Source: an uncultured Ruminococcus sp. (GTDB lineage: Bacteria; Bacillota; Clostridia; Oscillospirales; Acutalibacteraceae). Taken from it: a stretch of DNA of 44,941 nucleotides. The stretch is taken from assembly GCA_902773165.1 (NCBI GenBank), contig CACYDO010000120.1, forward strand, positions 1 through 44,941, given 5' to 3'. A program made the position numbers and the translations under genes. A model generated the notes under the pieces. The model saw only the letters and a list, made by a program, of their open reading frames with translations. It searched no databases and had not been told where the DNA came from. Below are positions 44,053 through 44,941 of the stretch, piece by piece; position 1 is the first letter of the stretch, and each line of letters begins with the position of its first letter.

Positions 44053-44607
44053 ATGGCAAAGTTTGTATGCACAGTATGCGGTTATGTTTATGAGGGCGAG
44101 GCTGCTCCCGAGGTCTGTCCTATCTGCAAAGCGCCTGCTTCTAAGTTCAACAAGGTAGAGGAGGAGCTTTCCTACGCAACTGTTCATCTTATCGGCGAGG
44201 GTGCAAAGGACAAGGTTGAGGAAGACATCTACACCGATCTCGTTAGCAATTTTAACGGCGAGTGTAGCGAAGTAGGTATGTATCTTGCAATGTCAAGAGC
44301 AGCTGACAGAGAGGGTTATCCTGAGATCGCAGAGGCGTTCAAGCGCTATGCTTTTGAAGAGGCTGAGCATGCAGCTAAGTTTGCAGAGCTTCTCGGCGAG
44401 GTAGTTTCAAATTCCACAAAGAAGAATCTGCAAGTGCGCGCAGACGCAGAAGCAGGCGCGTGCGCAGGCAAGTTTGATCTTGCAAAGAGAGCAAAGCAGC
44501 GCGGCTACGATGCAATTCACGACACAGTACACGAGATGGCTAAGGACGAAGCTCGTCACGGCGCAGGCTTTGCCGGACTTCTCAAAAGATATTTCGGCGA
44601 AGACTAA
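44053..44607 (+). CDS. rbr: Reverse rubrerythrin (N-terminal rubredoxin-like Cys4 domain plus C-terminal diiron four-helix bundle)
   Basis: The N-terminal Fe(Cys)4 site is CTVCGYVY...VCPICK. The ferritin-like ExxH motifs are EEAEHAAKF and DEARHGAGF. The domain order is reversed relative to classical rubrerythrin. Confidence 0.88.
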   Translation: MAKFVCTVCGYVYEGEAAPEVCPICKAPASKFNKVEEELSYATVHLIGEGAKDKVEEDIYTDLVSNFNGECSEVGMYLAMSRAADREGYPEIAEAFKRYAFEEAEHAAKFAELLGEVVSNSTKKNLQVRADAEAGACAGKFDLAKRAKQRGYDAIHDTVHEMAKDEARHGAGFAGLLKRYFGED

Positions 44608-44614
44608 TTGCGGG

Positions 44615-44680
44615 CCGGGTAAGCACCCAGCGGCAGTTCCGCCGGACTTTGTCGTATCAACAAATTAAAGCCGCGTTTTG
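44615..44680 (-). repeat. Dispersed composite repeat, copy 9 (minus orientation), starting 8 nt after the rbr stop
   Basis: The minus-strand reading is CAAAACGCGGCTTTAATTT..GACAAAGTCCGGCGGAACTGCCGCTGGGTGCTTACCCGG. The 10-nt head is identical to copy 1. Confidence 0.8.
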
Positions 44681-44741
44681 GGCTTTATGTTTGTGATTGT
44701 GCTGATATATTTTTAGAATTTTATTCCTAATATAATAAATA

Positions 44742-44786
44742 AACCGATGGAAAAAGCTCATTGCTGATTCCATCGGTTATTTTTTG
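44742..44786. terminator. Bidirectional terminator
   Basis: AACCGATGGAA / TTCCATCGGTT perfect 11-bp stem, with an A-run upstream and TTTTTT downstream. Confidence 0.75.
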
Positions 44787-44821
44787 AAATAATATGCTTC
44801 TGTCGTTTTGTCAGCGTCTGA

Positions 44822-44941
44822 TTATCGGTGCTTGTTAAGCCGCGGAGAAGTTTCTGCTGTGGGAGTCTGCGCTATTTTTTTATTGTCCTCAAGCTTCATG
44901 AAAATAGATATCGCCGACATCGGCGTAATAAGCAGATAGAG
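44822..44941 (-). CDS. Possible 3' end of a minus-strand gene running off the window (..LYLLITPMSAISIFMKLEDNKKIAQTPTAETSPRLNKHR*)
   Basis: An open frame runs from the window edge to TAA at 44822-44824 and is followed by the 44742-44786 terminator. Only 39 codons are visible and no motif is recognisable. Confidence 0.3.
   Translation of the reverse strand, partial: LYLLITPMSAISIFMKLEDNKKIAQTPTAETSPRLNKHR

Noticed and set aside
1-44941. I considered whether the window contains a prophage, integrative element, defence island (RM, Abi, CBASS, retron, toxin-antitoxin), DGR or biosynthetic gene cluster.
   Set aside because: There is no integrase, recombinase, reverse transcriptase, terminase, methyltransferase, cyclase-effector pair, small adjacent toxin-antitoxin ORFs or core biosynthetic enzymes. 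The tRNA-Leu has no adjacent integrase or direct-repeat att scar. The only mobile-type gene is the single Rpn-like ORF.

Overview
This 44.9-kb chromosomal segment looks like a Clostridia-class Firmicute, possibly Oscillospiraceae/Ruminococcus-like. That taxonomic guess is inferred only from gene content, gene order and strong GGAGG-type ribosome-binding sites. Most of the window is ordinary housekeeping DNA. I support about 33 CDSs, including cdaA-cdaR, recJ, nadA, the der-plsY operon, yceD-rpmF, a preQ1-riboswitch-controlled queD-queE-folE-queC-queF operon, thrC, tig-clpP-clpX-lon-engB, gdhA, and perR with a reverse rubrerythrin. There is also one tRNA-Leu(UAG), several sigma-A-type promoters and several intrinsic terminators. 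The accessory-looking content falls into five groups. (1) A giant single-pass surface protein with a roughly 917-aa low-complexity N-terminal region and four Big_2 repeats, followed by a secreted Ser/Thr-rich anchored protein. (2) A zinc-ribbon/TM/3xPASTA/discoidin-like protein with no kinase or transpeptidase domain. (3) A PD-(D/E)XK (Rpn-type) transposase-like gene. (4) A substrate-binding lipoprotein fused to a peptidoglycan-binding domain, sitting behind a long structured leader. (5) A phospho-glycopolymer locus encoding a Stealth phosphotransferase, a GT2-TagF fusion and two O-acyltransferases. The most unusual signal is not a gene. It is a composite GC-hairpin repeat family present at 9 to 10 intergenic loci, with a conserved head, an AT-rich spacer and a 26-27-nt tail unit iterated 1 to 6 times. 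Copies abut or overlap stop codons and one ribosome-binding site, bracket the Rpn-like gene, and supply the stop codon of one CDS. I found no cas genes, CRISPR array, integrase, phage module, toxin-antitoxin pair or recognisable defence operon. I cannot honestly point to a clear novel multi-gene system here, and the repeat family and the odd envelope proteins are the best leads. All homology statements come from reading motifs by eye, since no searches were run.
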